Assembly (NCBI GenBank): GCA_042408785.1
Contig: JBHOQU010000127.1
Coordinates: 86-64,085, forward strand
Direction of reading: 5' to 3'
DNA length: 64,000 nucleotides
Source of the DNA: Dehalococcoidia bacterium
Lineage (GTDB): Bacteria > Chloroflexota > Dehalococcoidia > JAUQQI01
Positions 1 through 9,888 of the stretch are shown here, piece by piece; position 1 is the stretch's first letter, and each line of letters opens with the position of its first letter. Below the pieces are notes generated by a model. That model had not been told where the DNA came from, searched no databases, and worked only from the letters and a program-made list of their open reading frames with translations. The position numbers and the translations under genes were made by a program.

Positions 1-43
1 GATACGTTATCTGCCGGTTAAAGGGGTCAACTAACATCCCCAT
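1..43 (-). CDS. moaA: GTP 3',8-cyclase MoaA, N-terminal fragment (runs off window)
   Basis: Manual translation MGMLVDPFNRQITY matches the typical MoaA start (L-x-D-x-F-x-R-x-I-x-YLR); begins 1 nt after the rdgB stop; only 14 codons visible. Confidence 0.62.
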   Translation of the reverse strand, partial: MGMLVDPFNRQITY

Positions 44-44
44 C

Positions 45-653
45 TTAAAGCTCCCCTCGGCCGATAAGGTGGGCCAGCAACTCGGCCAGGGCCCGGAAAG
101 CCTTCCCCCGGTGGCTTATCCGGTTTTTTTCTTCCGGGGAAAGCTCGGCCAGGGTTCGGCCCAGCTCCGGCACCAAGAAAACCGGGTCGTAGCCGAAGCC
201 GCCCTCGCCCCGGGGTTGGGGGGCGATTTCACCCCAGAGCTCCCCCGACCGGGTCCAGACCCGGCCGTCGGGGGTTGCCAGGGCAGCCACGCAGCGGAAG
301 ACGGCCCGCCGGTCCCGGGCCCCGACCCGCCTAAGCTCTGAAAGCAGCCTTTCGAACCGCTCCCGGTCGGTGGCCGCCTCGCCGGCGTAGCGGGCCGAGT
401 GGACGCCGGGGGCGCCCCCCAGGGCCGGGACTTCCAGCCCGGAGTCGTCGGCGACGGCCGGCTTACCGGCCATAGCGGCGTAGGCCAGGGCCTTCAGCAC
501 CGCATTCTCCTCGAAGGTTTCCCCGGTCTCCCGGACGGCGGCCCGGATGCCGAGTTCGGCCGGGGTCTTTAAGCAGAGGGGCAGACCGGCAAGGATGGCC
601 CGAACCTCCCGGACCTTTCCGGGGTTGTTGGTTGCCAGAACAACAATCTTCAC
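45..653 (-). CDS. rdgB: Non-canonical purine NTP pyrophosphatase (RdgB/HAM1)
   Basis: LATNNPGK, ETGETFEENA, ADDSGL, GFGYDPVF and KNRISHRG motifs. Confidence 0.96.
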   Translation of the reverse strand: MKIVVLATNNPGKVREVRAILAGLPLCLKTPAELGIRAAVRETGETFEENAVLKALAYAAMAGKPAVADDSGLEVPALGGAPGVHSARYAGEAATDRERFERLLSELRRVGARDRRAVFRCVAALATPDGRVWTRSGELWGEIAPQPRGEGGFGYDPVFLVPELGRTLAELSPEEKNRISHRGKAFRALAELLAHLIGRGEL

Positions 654-664
654 CCCTCACCACC

Positions 665-718
665 ATTATAGGTGTCCCCCAGGGGTCTTGACAAAACCCG
701 CCGGAAGCAAAATATAAT
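665..718. promoter_or_regulatory. Divergent sigma70-type promoters with overlapping -35 boxes
   Basis: Plus strand: TTGACA (688-693) N19 TATAAT (713-718). Minus strand: TTGTCA (694-689) N18 TATAAT (670-665). Confidence 0.6.
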
Positions 719-774
719 AAGCCAACATTCTCGCATCGGTTCCCGCCGGACGGCGGGGAATCCCAGGGAGCGGC

Positions 775-1557
775 ATGGCGATTGCCCAACCATTCTTAGA
801 AGTTGAAGACGTCCACCTGAGTTTCGGCGGGGTCCGAGCCCTCGATGGGGTAAGCCTTTCGGTCCGCCGGGGTGAAATCTTCGGCCTGATCGGGCCTAAC
901 GGCGCCGGCAAAAGCACCCTTTTTAACTGCATAAGCCGCCTCTACACCCCCGACCGGGGGGATATCCGGCTAGAGGGCCGAAGTCTGTTAAGGCTTCCGC
1001 CCCACGCCATAGCGGCCCTGGGCATCGGGCGCACCTTCCAGAACGTGGAGCTCTTTAAGAGCATGACGGTCCTGGAAAACCTGCTGGCCGGCCAGCACCT
1101 GAGCCTAAACTACCCCCTCTGGTCGGCGTTCCTCGGCCTTCCGGATGCCCGCCGCCAGGAGCGGCTGGCCCGGGAGCGGGCGGTGGAGGTGGCCCGGATG
1201 CTGGGCATTACCCGTTTCCTGCCGATGCCGGCGGCTGCCCTGCCCCTCGGGATACAGAAGCGGGTGGAGCTGGGCCGGGCCCTGGTGGGGCGGCCCAAGC
1301 TTTTGCTGCTGGACGAGCCGGCAGGTGGACTGAACCCCGCCGAGGTGGCCGAGCTGGCCGACCTTATCCGGCAGATCCGGGAGCTGGGGACCACCCTAGT
1401 CGTCGTCGAGCACCACATGGGCCTGGTGATGCAGGTTTGCGAGCGGATTGCGGTGCTCGACTTCGGCCGCAAAATCGCCGAAGGTCCCCCGGGGGCAGTC
1501 CGGAACGACCCCCGGGTTATCGAGGCCTATTTGGGGGAGGAAGAGGAGATTGCTTAG
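775..1557 (+). CDS. livG: Branched-chain amino acid-type ABC transporter ATPase
   Basis: GPNGAGKS Walker A, RTFQN, LLLDEP, VEHHM, C-terminal DPRVIEAYLG. Confidence 0.92.
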   Translation: MAIAQPFLEVEDVHLSFGGVRALDGVSLSVRRGEIFGLIGPNGAGKSTLFNCISRLYTPDRGDIRLEGRSLLRLPPHAIAALGIGRTFQNVELFKSMTVLENLLAGQHLSLNYPLWSAFLGLPDARRQERLARERAVEVARMLGITRFLPMPAAALPLGIQKRVELGRALVGRPKLLLLDEPAGGLNPAEVAELADLIRQIRELGTTLVVVEHHMGLVMQVCERIAVLDFGRKIAEGPPGAVRNDPRVIEAYLGEEEEIA

Positions 1558-2254
1558 GCTCGAAGGGATAAGCGCCGGCTACGGCCGCATCCAGGTGCTC
1601 CGCAACGTCTCGCTGGAGGTCCCGGCCGGGAGCATCGTGGCCCTGCTGGGGGCCAATGGGGCCGGCAAAACCACCACCCTGCGGGTGATATCGGGCCTCA
1701 TCCGGCCGCTGAGCGGGGCCGTCTATTTGGACGACCGCCGGGTTGACGGGCTGCCGCCGGAGGCCATCGTTCGGCTGGGGGTGGCCCACGTGCCCGAGGG
1801 CCGGCAGGTTTTCGCCGAGCTGACGGTGGGCGAGAACTTAATCCTTGGGGCATACTGCCGACGGGACCGGCGCAACGTTCCGGCCGACCTGGAGCGGGTC
1901 TTTGGGCTCTTTCCGGTGCTGCGGGAGCGGCGAAAACAGCTGGCCGGGACCTTAAGCGGGGGCGAACAGCAGATGCTGGCCATCGGCCGGGCCCTGATGG
2001 CCCGCCCCCGGCTCTTACTGCTCGATGAACCCTCGCTGGGCCTCGCGCCCATGGTGGTTCGGGAGATCTTCCGGACCATCCGGCAGATAAACGCCGACGG
2101 CACCACCGTCCTGCTGGTGGAGCAGGACGCCAACCGGGCCCTGCACGTGGCCCACATGGCCTATGTGCTTCAGACGGGGCAGGTGGTGCTGGCGGGCCCG
2201 GCCGCCGAACTCCGACGAAACGAAGCCATCCGGAAGTCCTACCTGGGGTACTGA
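1550..2254 (+). CDS. livF: Branched-chain amino acid-type ABC transporter ATPase
   Basis: GANGAGKT, VPEGRQVF, LSGGEQQM, DEPSLGLAP; start reassigned to TTG 1550 behind GAGGAG. Confidence 0.92.
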   Translation: MLRLEGISAGYGRIQVLRNVSLEVPAGSIVALLGANGAGKTTTLRVISGLIRPLSGAVYLDDRRVDGLPPEAIVRLGVAHVPEGRQVFAELTVGENLILGAYCRRDRRNVPADLERVFGLFPVLRERRKQLAGTLSGGEQQMLAIGRALMARPRLLLLDEPSLGLAPMVVREIFRTIRQINADGTTVLLVEQDANRALHVAHMAYVLQTGQVVLAGPAAELRRNEAIRKSYLGY

Positions 2255-2256
2255 CC

Positions 2257-3147
2257 GTGACGGAAGGTCAGCTTCTGAGCCTGGCCCAGCAGGTGGTGAG
2301 TGGCCTCAGCGCCGGAAGCATCTACGCCCTGCTGGCCCTCGCCCTGGTCCTGATCTACCAGTCCACAGACGTGGTCAACTTCGCCCAGGGCGAGATGGCG
2401 ATGTTCACGACCTTTATCGCCTACACCCTCCTCACCTGGTACGGGGTGCCCTTCCTGCCGGCGGTGGCTTTAACCCTGGTTTTTGCCTTCCTGCTGGGCT
2501 ACCTGGTGGAGCGGGTGTTGGTCCGGCCGGTGGAAGAAGCCCCGGTCCTGAGTGTGGTCATCGTTACCCTGGGCCTTTACAGCATCTTTAACAGCGTTGC
2601 CGGCTGGGTCTGGGGCTACGTGCCGAAGGGGTTCCCGAGCCCGGTTTCCGGGGGGACCGTCCGGTTCCTGGGGCTTACGGTGGGGCTCTTGGACCTGTGG
2701 ATTTTAGGGTGCGGGCTGGCCATCATGGTGGCGCTCCACCTCTTTCTGCACCGAACCACCCTCGGGACGGCGATGCGGGCCGCCGCCCACAACCGGACCG
2801 CCGCCCGCCTGGTGGGCATCCCGGTAGGCCGGATGCTCAGCTTCGGGTGGGGACTTTCGGCGGTGCTGGGGGCCATTGCCGGGATGCTGGCGGCCCCGAA
2901 GATCTTCCTGGAGCCGAACATGATGGCCGGGGTGCTCCTTTACGCCTTCGCCGGGGCGGTGCTGGGCGGCCTCAGCAGCCCCTTCGGGGCCATCGCCGGC
3001 GGACTGCTGGTCGGGGTTATCGAAAACCTGCTAGGTGCGCTGGTGGCCACGGAGCTTAAGGCCGGGCTGGCATTTTTTATGATCTTAGCCGTGCTGGTCG
3101 TCCGGCCTCAGGGCCTCTTTGGAACTGTCCACCGGAGGAAGGTCTAG
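2257..3147 (+). CDS. livH: Liv-type ABC permease
   Basis: VVNFAQGE motif, multiple TM segments, RPQGLFG. Confidence 0.9.
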   Translation: MTEGQLLSLAQQVVSGLSAGSIYALLALALVLIYQSTDVVNFAQGEMAMFTTFIAYTLLTWYGVPFLPAVALTLVFAFLLGYLVERVLVRPVEEAPVLSVVIVTLGLYSIFNSVAGWVWGYVPKGFPSPVSGGTVRFLGLTVGLLDLWILGCGLAIMVALHLFLHRTTLGTAMRAAAHNRTAARLVGIPVGRMLSFGWGLSAVLGAIAGMLAAPKIFLEPNMMAGVLLYAFAGAVLGGLSSPFGAIAGGLLVGVIENLLGALVATELKAGLAFFMILAVLVVRPQGLFGTVHRRKV

Positions 3148-3151
3148 CCCC

Positions 3152-4222
3152 ATGGCCGGACGCATTCTCCTGGCCATTCTGGTTATCTGCCTGCTGGCCG
3201 CGCCCCTCTTTATCAACCAGTTTGCCAACTTTGTCCTGAGCCGGATGGCCATCTACGCGGTGGTTGCCCTGGGGCTGAACCTGCTCACCGGCTACTCGGG
3301 GCAGATCTCCCTCGGCCACGGGGCCTTCTTCGGCATCGGGGCCTACGGGGCCGCCATCGTCGCCAACCGGCTGGGCTTGCCGTGGCCCCTCTGCGTTCTG
3401 GCCGGCGGGCTGGCGGCCGGCCTTGCCGGGTACCTGCTGGGCTGGCCCTCCCTGCGGCTTACCGGCCCGTACCTGGCGATTGCAACCCTGGCCCTGGCCG
3501 TGGCCGTGCCCCAGGCTCTCCTTAAATTCGAGGAGCTGACGGGCGGGGTCCAGGGCCTCAAGCTTTCCCAGCCCCAGCCCCCGGCCGGGCTGGGTCTGGC
3601 CCAGGACCAGTGGCTGGCTTACATCTGCCTGGTAACGGCCATGGTTATGGTCTGGCTCACCGTAAACCTGGTGCGCAGCCGCCTCGGCCGGGCCCTGACC
3701 GCCCTGCGGGACAGCGAGGTTGCGGCCCAGGCGGTGGGGGTAAGCCTTCCCCGGTTTAAAACCTTAGCCTTCGCCATCAGCGCATTTTACACCGGCCTGG
3801 CCGGGGGCCTTCTGGCCTACCTGCTGGGCTACATCGCCCCGGACGCCTTCACCCTGGTGGTCTCCATCGAGTTCCTGACCATGGTGGTCATCGGCGGGCT
3901 GGCCTCGGTAGCGGGGTCCATCATCGGGGCGACCATCATCGTGGTATTGCCCCTCCTCTCCTCGAACCTCACGGATTATCTGGCCGGACTGCTCAACCTG
4001 GTGGGCCTTTCGGCCGTTGGGGCCACCACCAAGGGCCTTATCTGGGCCATTTACGGCGTAATATTGATTTTAGTAATGGTGTTTTTGCCGGGCGGACTAG
4101 TCAGCCTGTACTATAAGGCGAAGAACCTGTGGGTCGGGACCGGGCCGGCGGAGAAGACCGGGGCCGCGGAGCGGCTGGGGCAAGGAGGTGAGATCCGGCC
4201 AGGACGTGAAACTTTAGATTAA
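3152..4222 (+). CDS. livM: Liv-type ABC permease
   Basis: GLNLLTGYSGQISLGHGAFFGIGAY, YLAIATLA; start at ATG 3152. Confidence 0.9.
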   Translation: MAGRILLAILVICLLAAPLFINQFANFVLSRMAIYAVVALGLNLLTGYSGQISLGHGAFFGIGAYGAAIVANRLGLPWPLCVLAGGLAAGLAGYLLGWPSLRLTGPYLAIATLALAVAVPQALLKFEELTGGVQGLKLSQPQPPAGLGLAQDQWLAYICLVTAMVMVWLTVNLVRSRLGRALTALRDSEVAAQAVGVSLPRFKTLAFAISAFYTGLAGGLLAYLLGYIAPDAFTLVVSIEFLTMVVIGGLASVAGSIIGATIIVVLPLLSSNLTDYLAGLLNLVGLSAVGATTKGLIWAIYGVILILVMVFLPGGLVSLYYKAKNLWVGTGPAEKTGAAERLGQGGEIRPGRETLD

Positions 4223-4256
4223 CAGGCGGCAGATTCGGCAAAAGGAGGTCAGCTAC

Positions 4257-5477
4257 ATGGGTCAGGCTCTATGGAAAGCCGTTGCGTTTCTGGCGACCCT
4301 CGGGCTGGTTCTGGCGGCCTGTCGGGAAGTGCCCACCGGGGCGCCAGCCCCGGCCGGGCAGCAGGCCCCCCGGGTTACCGAGGTCGGGGTGACGGATGAC
4401 AGCATCCTGCTGGGAACCCACCAGCCGATGAGCGGTCCGGCAGCCAGCTACTCGGTAATCCCCCGGGGCTCCGAAGCCTACTTTAAGTACATAAATGACC
4501 AGGGCGGGGTCAACGGGCGGAAGATCATTTACAAAATTGAGGATGACGGCTACCAGCCGCCCCGGACCGTCGAGGTGGTTAAGAAGCTGGTGGAGCAGGA
4601 TAAGGTCTTCGCCATCTTCAATGGCCTGGGCACCCCAACCCACAGCCAGGTCTTCGAGTGGCTGAACGAGAACAAGATCCCCGACATGTACATCGCCTCC
4701 GGGGCCACCAAGTGGACGGAGCCGATCCGCCGCTATGTCTTCGCCTTTCAGCCCGACTACCGGGTTGAAGGAACCTTGCTGGCCCGGTACGCCATCCAGA
4801 ACCTGCCCGGGAAGAAGGCCGGCATCTTCTACCAGAACGACGACTTTGGCAAGGACGGGGCCAGGTGGTTCGAAGAGACCCTTAAAAAGGCCAACTACCC
4901 GGTGGTTGCCCGGGAAAGCTATGAGGTGACGGCCACCGACTTCTCCTCCCAGATCATCAAGCTTCGGGATGCGGGGGCCGAGGTCGTGCTCCTCTTCTGC
5001 GTGCCCAGGCCCTGCGCCCTCTTCTTGAAGCAGGCCGAACAGCTCGGCTATAAAGCCACCTTCCTGATGAGCGCCGTCTCCAACGACCCGGAGATGTTCA
5101 ATACCGCCGGGCCGTCGGCCATGGAGGGGGTCATCACCCTGGGCTGGTTGCCCCTCTTCGACGACACCAGCAACTTCCGCATCCGCCAGCACCACGAGAT
5201 CCTGCAAAAATATGCCCCGGGCCTCCAGCCGCAGAACTTCACCGTCTACGGCCAGGCGGCGGCCGAGATCATGGTCGAGACCCTGCGGCGGGCTGGCCGC
5301 GACCTGACCCGGGAAAAGCTCATCGAGGCGGCCGAAAGCATCAAGGACTGGAAAGACAACCTGCCCGGCATCGCCGTCACCATGGGACCCAACGACCACC
5401 GGCCCTTCAAGGCGATGCGCTACATGAAGTTCACCGGCGGCCGGATTATCTTCATCTCCGACTACCAGTACGAGTAA
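4257..5477 (+). CDS. Liv-type ABC substrate-binding lipoprotein
   Basis: Lipobox LAAC; INDQGGVNGRKI, DDGY, QNDDFG motifs; AGGAGG SD. Confidence 0.9.
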   Translation: MGQALWKAVAFLATLGLVLAACREVPTGAPAPAGQQAPRVTEVGVTDDSILLGTHQPMSGPAASYSVIPRGSEAYFKYINDQGGVNGRKIIYKIEDDGYQPPRTVEVVKKLVEQDKVFAIFNGLGTPTHSQVFEWLNENKIPDMYIASGATKWTEPIRRYVFAFQPDYRVEGTLLARYAIQNLPGKKAGIFYQNDDFGKDGARWFEETLKKANYPVVARESYEVTATDFSSQIIKLRDAGAEVVLLFCVPRPCALFLKQAEQLGYKATFLMSAVSNDPEMFNTAGPSAMEGVITLGWLPLFDDTSNFRIRQHHEILQKYAPGLQPQNFTVYGQAAAEIMVETLRRAGRDLTREKLIEAAESIKDWKDNLPGIAVTMGPNDHRPFKAMRYMKFTGGRIIFISDYQYE

Positions 5478-5494
5478 AAAGCTTCCGGCCGGCC

Positions 5495-6151
5495 TTAATC
5501 TTCCTCGGAGACGGAGAGGGGGGCGGCCCGGGACTCCTGAAGGCGCCTTATGACGAAGAGAATAACCAGCACCAGCAGGCCGATTATTATGGGAATATCT
5601 AGGGGCCGCATCACGGCCCGGATAGACTCCCAGTGCTCCCCCAGGAGGTACCCGGCGTAGGCAAGGCCCACCGACCAGGGGAAAGACCCGACAAAGGAGA
5701 GGATGATAAAAAGGGGAAAGTTCATCCGGGCGATGCCGGCCGGAAAGCTGATAAAAGTCCGGACCACCGGTAAAAGCCGGGAGAAGAAGACGGCCCAGGC
5801 CCCGTACCTGGCAAACCAGCGCTCGGCCAGCTCAAGGTCGCGGCGGCTCACTAAAACCCAGCGGCCGTAGCGCTCTAAAAAGGACCGGCCGCCGGCGGCC
5901 CCCACCCAGTAGGCCGCCGCCGACCCGACGGCGTTACCGGCCGCCCCGGCCAGCCCGGCCAGCAGCAGGTACTCCGGGCCCAAGCCCGGCTTCTGGATGA
6001 GCATCCAGCCGGCCAGCGGCATGATAAGCTCGGACGGCAAGGGAATGCAGGCGCTTTCGACGGCCATCAGGACGGCCACGCCGTACCAGCCGATGGCCTG
6101 ATAGACCTGCGCAATCCAGGCCAGGATTAAGGCTTCGACTTCGGCAATCAC
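5495..6151 (-). CDS. DedA family membrane protein
   Basis: ESACIPLPSE and RLLPVVRTFISFPAG motifs. Confidence 0.93.
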   Translation of the reverse strand: MIAEVEALILAWIAQVYQAIGWYGVAVLMAVESACIPLPSELIMPLAGWMLIQKPGLGPEYLLLAGLAGAAGNAVGSAAAYWVGAAGGRSFLERYGRWVLVSRRDLELAERWFARYGAWAVFFSRLLPVVRTFISFPAGIARMNFPLFIILSFVGSFPWSVGLAYAGYLLGEHWESIRAVMRPLDIPIIIGLLVLVILFVIRRLQESRAAPLSVSEED

Positions 6152-6256
6152 CGGCCCAAACTATACCAGGAATCGGCCGCTTCCTGCCAGCGGAACGGCC
6201 TTTTTCGGCCGGCCCGGTCCGGAGGGCAACTAAAATTGAGGGGACGCTACACCGGG

Positions 6257-6868
6257 ATGGGAATCTCCTCGGAGTATGTGGGTCCGGCCATCGGGTCCTT
6301 CTACACCTGGTGGCGGGGCGACCCGCTGGTTTTACTGCCGCCCCTAGGCGGCCTCACCATTGGGGAAATTTCCGACCCGGGGGTCCTCGAGCCCCTTACG
6401 GCCCTCAGCGCGACCGACCTGGAAGGCCGATTTTCCGCTGGCCACCGGGCCTTCGTGGCCTGGCTGGACGGCCGGCCGGTGGCTTACGGGTGGGTTGCCA
6501 CCGCCTGGGCCGAAATCGGCGAGCTGGGGCTGACCTTTAAACTGCCCCCGGCCGACCGCTACCTCTGGGACTTCCTCACCCTCCCCCCGTGGCGGGGCCT
6601 CGGCATCTACCCCCGCCTCCTTCAGGCGATCCTTCAGCGGGAGGGGGCGGCCGAAAGGTTCTGGGTCGGCCACGACGCCCCCAACCTCCCCTCCCGCCGG
6701 GGCATCTTGAAGGCCGGCTTTCAGGAGGTGGGCCGGGTCCATCGGACGGCCGGGGGCGACCTGATGCTGGTGCCCACCGGGCACCTCGAACGGGCCCTGG
6801 CCGCGGCCCGTCTGCTGGGACTCCGGCTGCTGGCCGGCCCGGTCGAGGGCCTAACCGGCGGCCCCTAG
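6257..6868 (+). CDS. GNAT family N-acetyltransferase
   Basis: TLPPWRGLGIY acetyl-CoA motif A; N-x-PS...KAGF motif B. Confidence 0.75.
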   Translation: MGISSEYVGPAIGSFYTWWRGDPLVLLPPLGGLTIGEISDPGVLEPLTALSATDLEGRFSAGHRAFVAWLDGRPVAYGWVATAWAEIGELGLTFKLPPADRYLWDFLTLPPWRGLGIYPRLLQAILQREGAAERFWVGHDAPNLPSRRGILKAGFQEVGRVHRTAGGDLMLVPTGHLERALAAARLLGLRLLAGPVEGLTGGP

Positions 6869-7312
6869 GCGGGCCTCCAGTTCGGCGAGCCTGGTTCGGA
6901 GGGCCTTCTCTTCCTCCCAGCGCCGGGTCACGTCCCGGATGATGGCAGCTATTCCGAGCATTCGGCCTGCATCATCCTTGACCGGCACGATGGTAAACTC
7001 GATGGAGGCCCGGCTCCCGTCCCTGCGGAGGGCCGGAACTTTAAGCAGACCCCGGCCGTACCTGGTCACCCCCGTCGCCATCACCCGGTAGTACCCCTCC
7101 CAGTGCCGGGCCCGGTGCTTTTCGGGGATGATAATGTCAAGGCTCTGGCCGATGGCCTCCGCGGCCGTGTAGCCGAAGGTCTCCTCGGCCCCGGTATTCC
7201 AGAGGCGGATCTTGCCTTCATGGTCGGCGAAGATCACGGCATCGTGGACCCCTTCGACGATGCGGCGGCAGAGCCATTCGGGGGATATATTGACCGACAT
7301 GACCGGCTTCAC
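6851..7312 (-). CDS. Stand-alone PAS domain protein
   Basis: DAVIFAD..G.IRLWN.GAEETFGY, IGQSLDIIIP, PAC-like end RDVT; no output domain. Confidence 0.85.
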   Translation of the reverse strand: MKPVMSVNISPEWLCRRIVEGVHDAVIFADHEGKIRLWNTGAEETFGYTAAEAIGQSLDIIIPEKHRARHWEGYYRVMATGVTRYGRGLLKVPALRRDGSRASIEFTIVPVKDDAGRMLGIAAIIRDVTRRWEEEKALRTRLAELEARLGAAG

Positions 7313-7394
7313 CTCAAAGGGCAGTCTGTTTATTTTAACGCCGGCCCGGGCGTTCCGGTTATTCCCGGTTTGCTAGTATACAATGGCCAGTCTT

Positions 7395-7419
7395 GTAGGG
7401 GCGCACGGTCGTGCGCCCT
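7395..7419 (+). repeat. Single GTAG-type REP-like palindrome
   Basis: GTAG followed by the hairpin GGGCGCAC-GGTC-GTGCGCCC in intergenic DNA; one copy in the window. Confidence 0.5.
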
Positions 7420-7519
7420 GGTTGGACCCCCGCAGTCGGATAAGCGGGTAAAAGGGGCGGCTTTTCGGTTATCATTTATCGGTCAGCCTTGAACGCCCCA
7501 GACCCAAGGAGGGTAGCCG

Positions 7520-9883
7520 ATGGTTCAGGTTTCCGGAAGGCTGGTAGGTTCCCCCGTAAGGCGCACCGAGGACCGCCGACTGGTTACCGGCCGGGGAACC
7601 TACGTAGACAACATTAAAATTCCGGGCCTGCTTTTCCTGGGGGTTCTCCGAAGCCCGTACCCCCACGCCCGCATCACCCGGCTGGATGTTTCCCGGGCGG
7701 CCCGGGCCCCAGGGGTTCTGGCCGTCCTGACCGGCCAGGACCTGCTGGCCGCCGGCCTTAGGCCGATGCCGTGCGGCTGGCAGCTCCCGGAGTCGGTGGT
7801 TCCCCCGCGGTATGCCCTGGCCGTGGACCGGGTCCGGTATGTGGGCGAGCCGGTGGCGGCGGTGGTGGCCGACGGCCGCTACCGGGCCCGGGACGTGCTG
7901 GACCTGATCGACGTCGAGTACGAGCCCTTGCCGGCCGTGGTGGACCAGGAGGAGGCCCTTCGGCCCGGGGCGCCCCAGCTCCACCCCGAGGCCCCGGGGA
8001 ACCTCTGCTTTAAGCGGGCGGTGTCGGGGGGCGACTGGGAGCGGGCGGTTCGGGAGGCCGATGGGGTAATCCGCCAGCGCTTGGTGGTTCAGCGGCTGGT
8101 TCCCAGCCCCATGGAGCCCCGGGCAACCACGGCGTGGTACCAGCCGGAGACCGACCAGCTCACCCTCTGGGTCTCCACCCAGGCGCCCCACCTGGTCCGC
8201 CAGTGGCTCTGCGAGGTGATGCCCCACCCCGAGCACAAGGTCCGGGTTATCTCGGGGGATGTTGGGGGCGGCTTCGGGGCCAAGATCTTTCTCTACCCCG
8301 AAGATGTCCTGGTGGCCTTCGCCAGCCGGAAGCTGGGCCGCCCGGTCCGCTGGGTGGAAACCCGGAGCGAGAACTTCCTGGGAATGACCCACGGCCGCGA
8401 CCACGTAACTTACCTGGAGGTGGCCTACCGGCGGGACGGGACCATCCTGGGCTTAAAGCTTACCACCTACGCCAATATCGGGGCCTACATTTCGCCCTTC
8501 GCCATGGTCGTGCCCGGTATCCGGTTTATCTCCATGCTCAGCGGAACCTACGCCGTCCCCAACATCGTCGGGGAAGTCTACGGGGTCTTTACCAATACGG
8601 TGCCGGTGGACGCCTACCGCGGCGCCGGCCGGCCCGAGGCCGCCTACTACATCGAGCGGGCGGTGGACCTGGTGGCGGCCGAGCTTGGGCTGGACCCGGC
8701 CGATGTCAGGCGCAAGAACTTCATCCCGCCTTTTGACAACTACTACCGGACCGCCATCGGCACCGTCTACGACAGCGGCGACTACCCCCGGGCCCTAGAA
8801 AAGCTTTTAGAGCTGGCCGAGTATCAGAAGCTCCGGGCCGAGCAGGAGCGGCTCCGGCGGGAGGGCCGGCTGGTGGGGATCGGCCTCTCCACCTACGTGG
8901 AGGTCACGGCCGGCGGCCCCAGCGTCGGGTCTGTCCAGGGTGGGAAGCGGGCCGGAAACTTCGAGTCGGCCCTGGTGCGGGTTCACCCCTCGGGCAAGGT
9001 CACCGTTTACACCGGGGCCCACGCCACCGGCCAGGGCCACGAAACCACCTTCGCCCAGCTCGTCGCCGACCGGCTGGGCATCCCCTTCGAGGATGTGGAG
9101 GTGGCCCACGGGGACACGGCCGCCCTGCCCTACGGCCTGGGCAGTTACGGCAGCCGGACCGTTCAGGTGGCCGGGTCGGCCATCCACCTGGCCTGCGAGC
9201 GGGTTCTTGAAAAGGCCCGCAAAATCGCCGCCTACCTGCTGGAGGCGGCCGAGGCCGACATCGTCTTTGAGAACGGCCGGTTCTTCGTCCGGGGTGCCCC
9301 CGGCCGGGCCGTGACTTTCCAGGAGGTGGCCCAGGAGGCCTACATTCCCAGCCGGCTGCCCCCCGGCTTCGAGCTGGGCCTGGAGGCGGTGGCCTTCTTC
9401 GACCCCAGCTCCCCCACCTACCCCTTCGGGGCCCACCTGGCGCTGGTGGAGGTGGACCCCGAGACCGGGGCCGTAAAGCTTCTCCGGTACGTGGCCGTAG
9501 ACGACTGCGGTAAAGTCATCAACCCGATGCTTACCGAGGGCCTCGTCCACGGCGGGGTCGCCCAGGGGGTGGGCCAGGCCCTTTGGGAGCGGGCGGTCTA
9601 CGACGAAAACGGCTACCTTCTTACGGGCAGTTTTCTCGACTACGCCGTGCCCGTCGCCGAATACCTGCCGTCGTTCGAGACGGAGGCCATCGAGGTCCCA
9701 TCCCCAACCAATCCCCTGGGGGCGAAGGGCATCGGCGAGTCGGGCACCATCGGGGCGCCGGCGGCGGTGGTCAACGCCGTGCTGGATGCCCTTAAACCCT
9801 TAGGCATCCGCCACCTCGACACGCCCCTTACTCCCGAACGGGTCTGGCGGGCCCTTCAGGAGGCCCGGGCGGGCCGGTCCTAG
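7520..9883 (+). CDS. Xanthine dehydrogenase-family molybdopterin-binding large subunit (CoxL form II-like)
   Basis: RTEDRRLVTGRG, GGGFGAK, AYRGAGRPEA, GQGHET, GAKGIGE. Confidence 0.92.
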   Translation: MVQVSGRLVGSPVRRTEDRRLVTGRGTYVDNIKIPGLLFLGVLRSPYPHARITRLDVSRAARAPGVLAVLTGQDLLAAGLRPMPCGWQLPESVVPPRYALAVDRVRYVGEPVAAVVADGRYRARDVLDLIDVEYEPLPAVVDQEEALRPGAPQLHPEAPGNLCFKRAVSGGDWERAVREADGVIRQRLVVQRLVPSPMEPRATTAWYQPETDQLTLWVSTQAPHLVRQWLCEVMPHPEHKVRVISGDVGGGFGAKIFLYPEDVLVAFASRKLGRPVRWVETRSENFLGMTHGRDHVTYLEVAYRRDGTILGLKLTTYANIGAYISPFAMVVPGIRFISMLSGTYAVPNIVGEVYGVFTNTVPVDAYRGAGRPEAAYYIERAVDLVAAELGLDPADVRRKNFIPPFDNYYRTAIGTVYDSGDYPRALEKLLELAEYQKLRAEQERLRREGRLVGIGLSTYVEVTAGGPSVGSVQGGKRAGNFESALVRVHPSGKVTVYTGAHATGQGHETTFAQLVADRLGIPFEDVEVAHGDTAALPYGLGSYGSRTVQVAGSAIHLACERVLEKARKIAAYLLEAAEADIVFENGRFFVRGAPGRAVTFQEVAQEAYIPSRLPPGFELGLEAVAFFDPSSPTYPFGAHLALVEVDPETGAVKLLRYVAVDDCGKVINPMLTEGLVHGGVAQGVGQALWERAVYDENGYLLTGSFLDYAVPVAEYLPSFETEAIEVPSPTNPLGAKGIGESGTIGAPAAVVNAVLDALKPLGIRHLDTPLTPERVWRALQEARAGRS

Positions 9884-9888
9884 GACCG

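Noticed and set aside
1448-1557. Frameshift fusion of livG and livF suggested by the long ORF overlap
   Set aside because: A TTG at 1550 with a good SD gives a normal-length LivF with an 8-nt overlap
7520-9883. True aerobic CO dehydrogenase (form I CoxL)
   Set aside because: Lacks AYXCSFR, and no coxM/S/D/E/F/G genes are nearby
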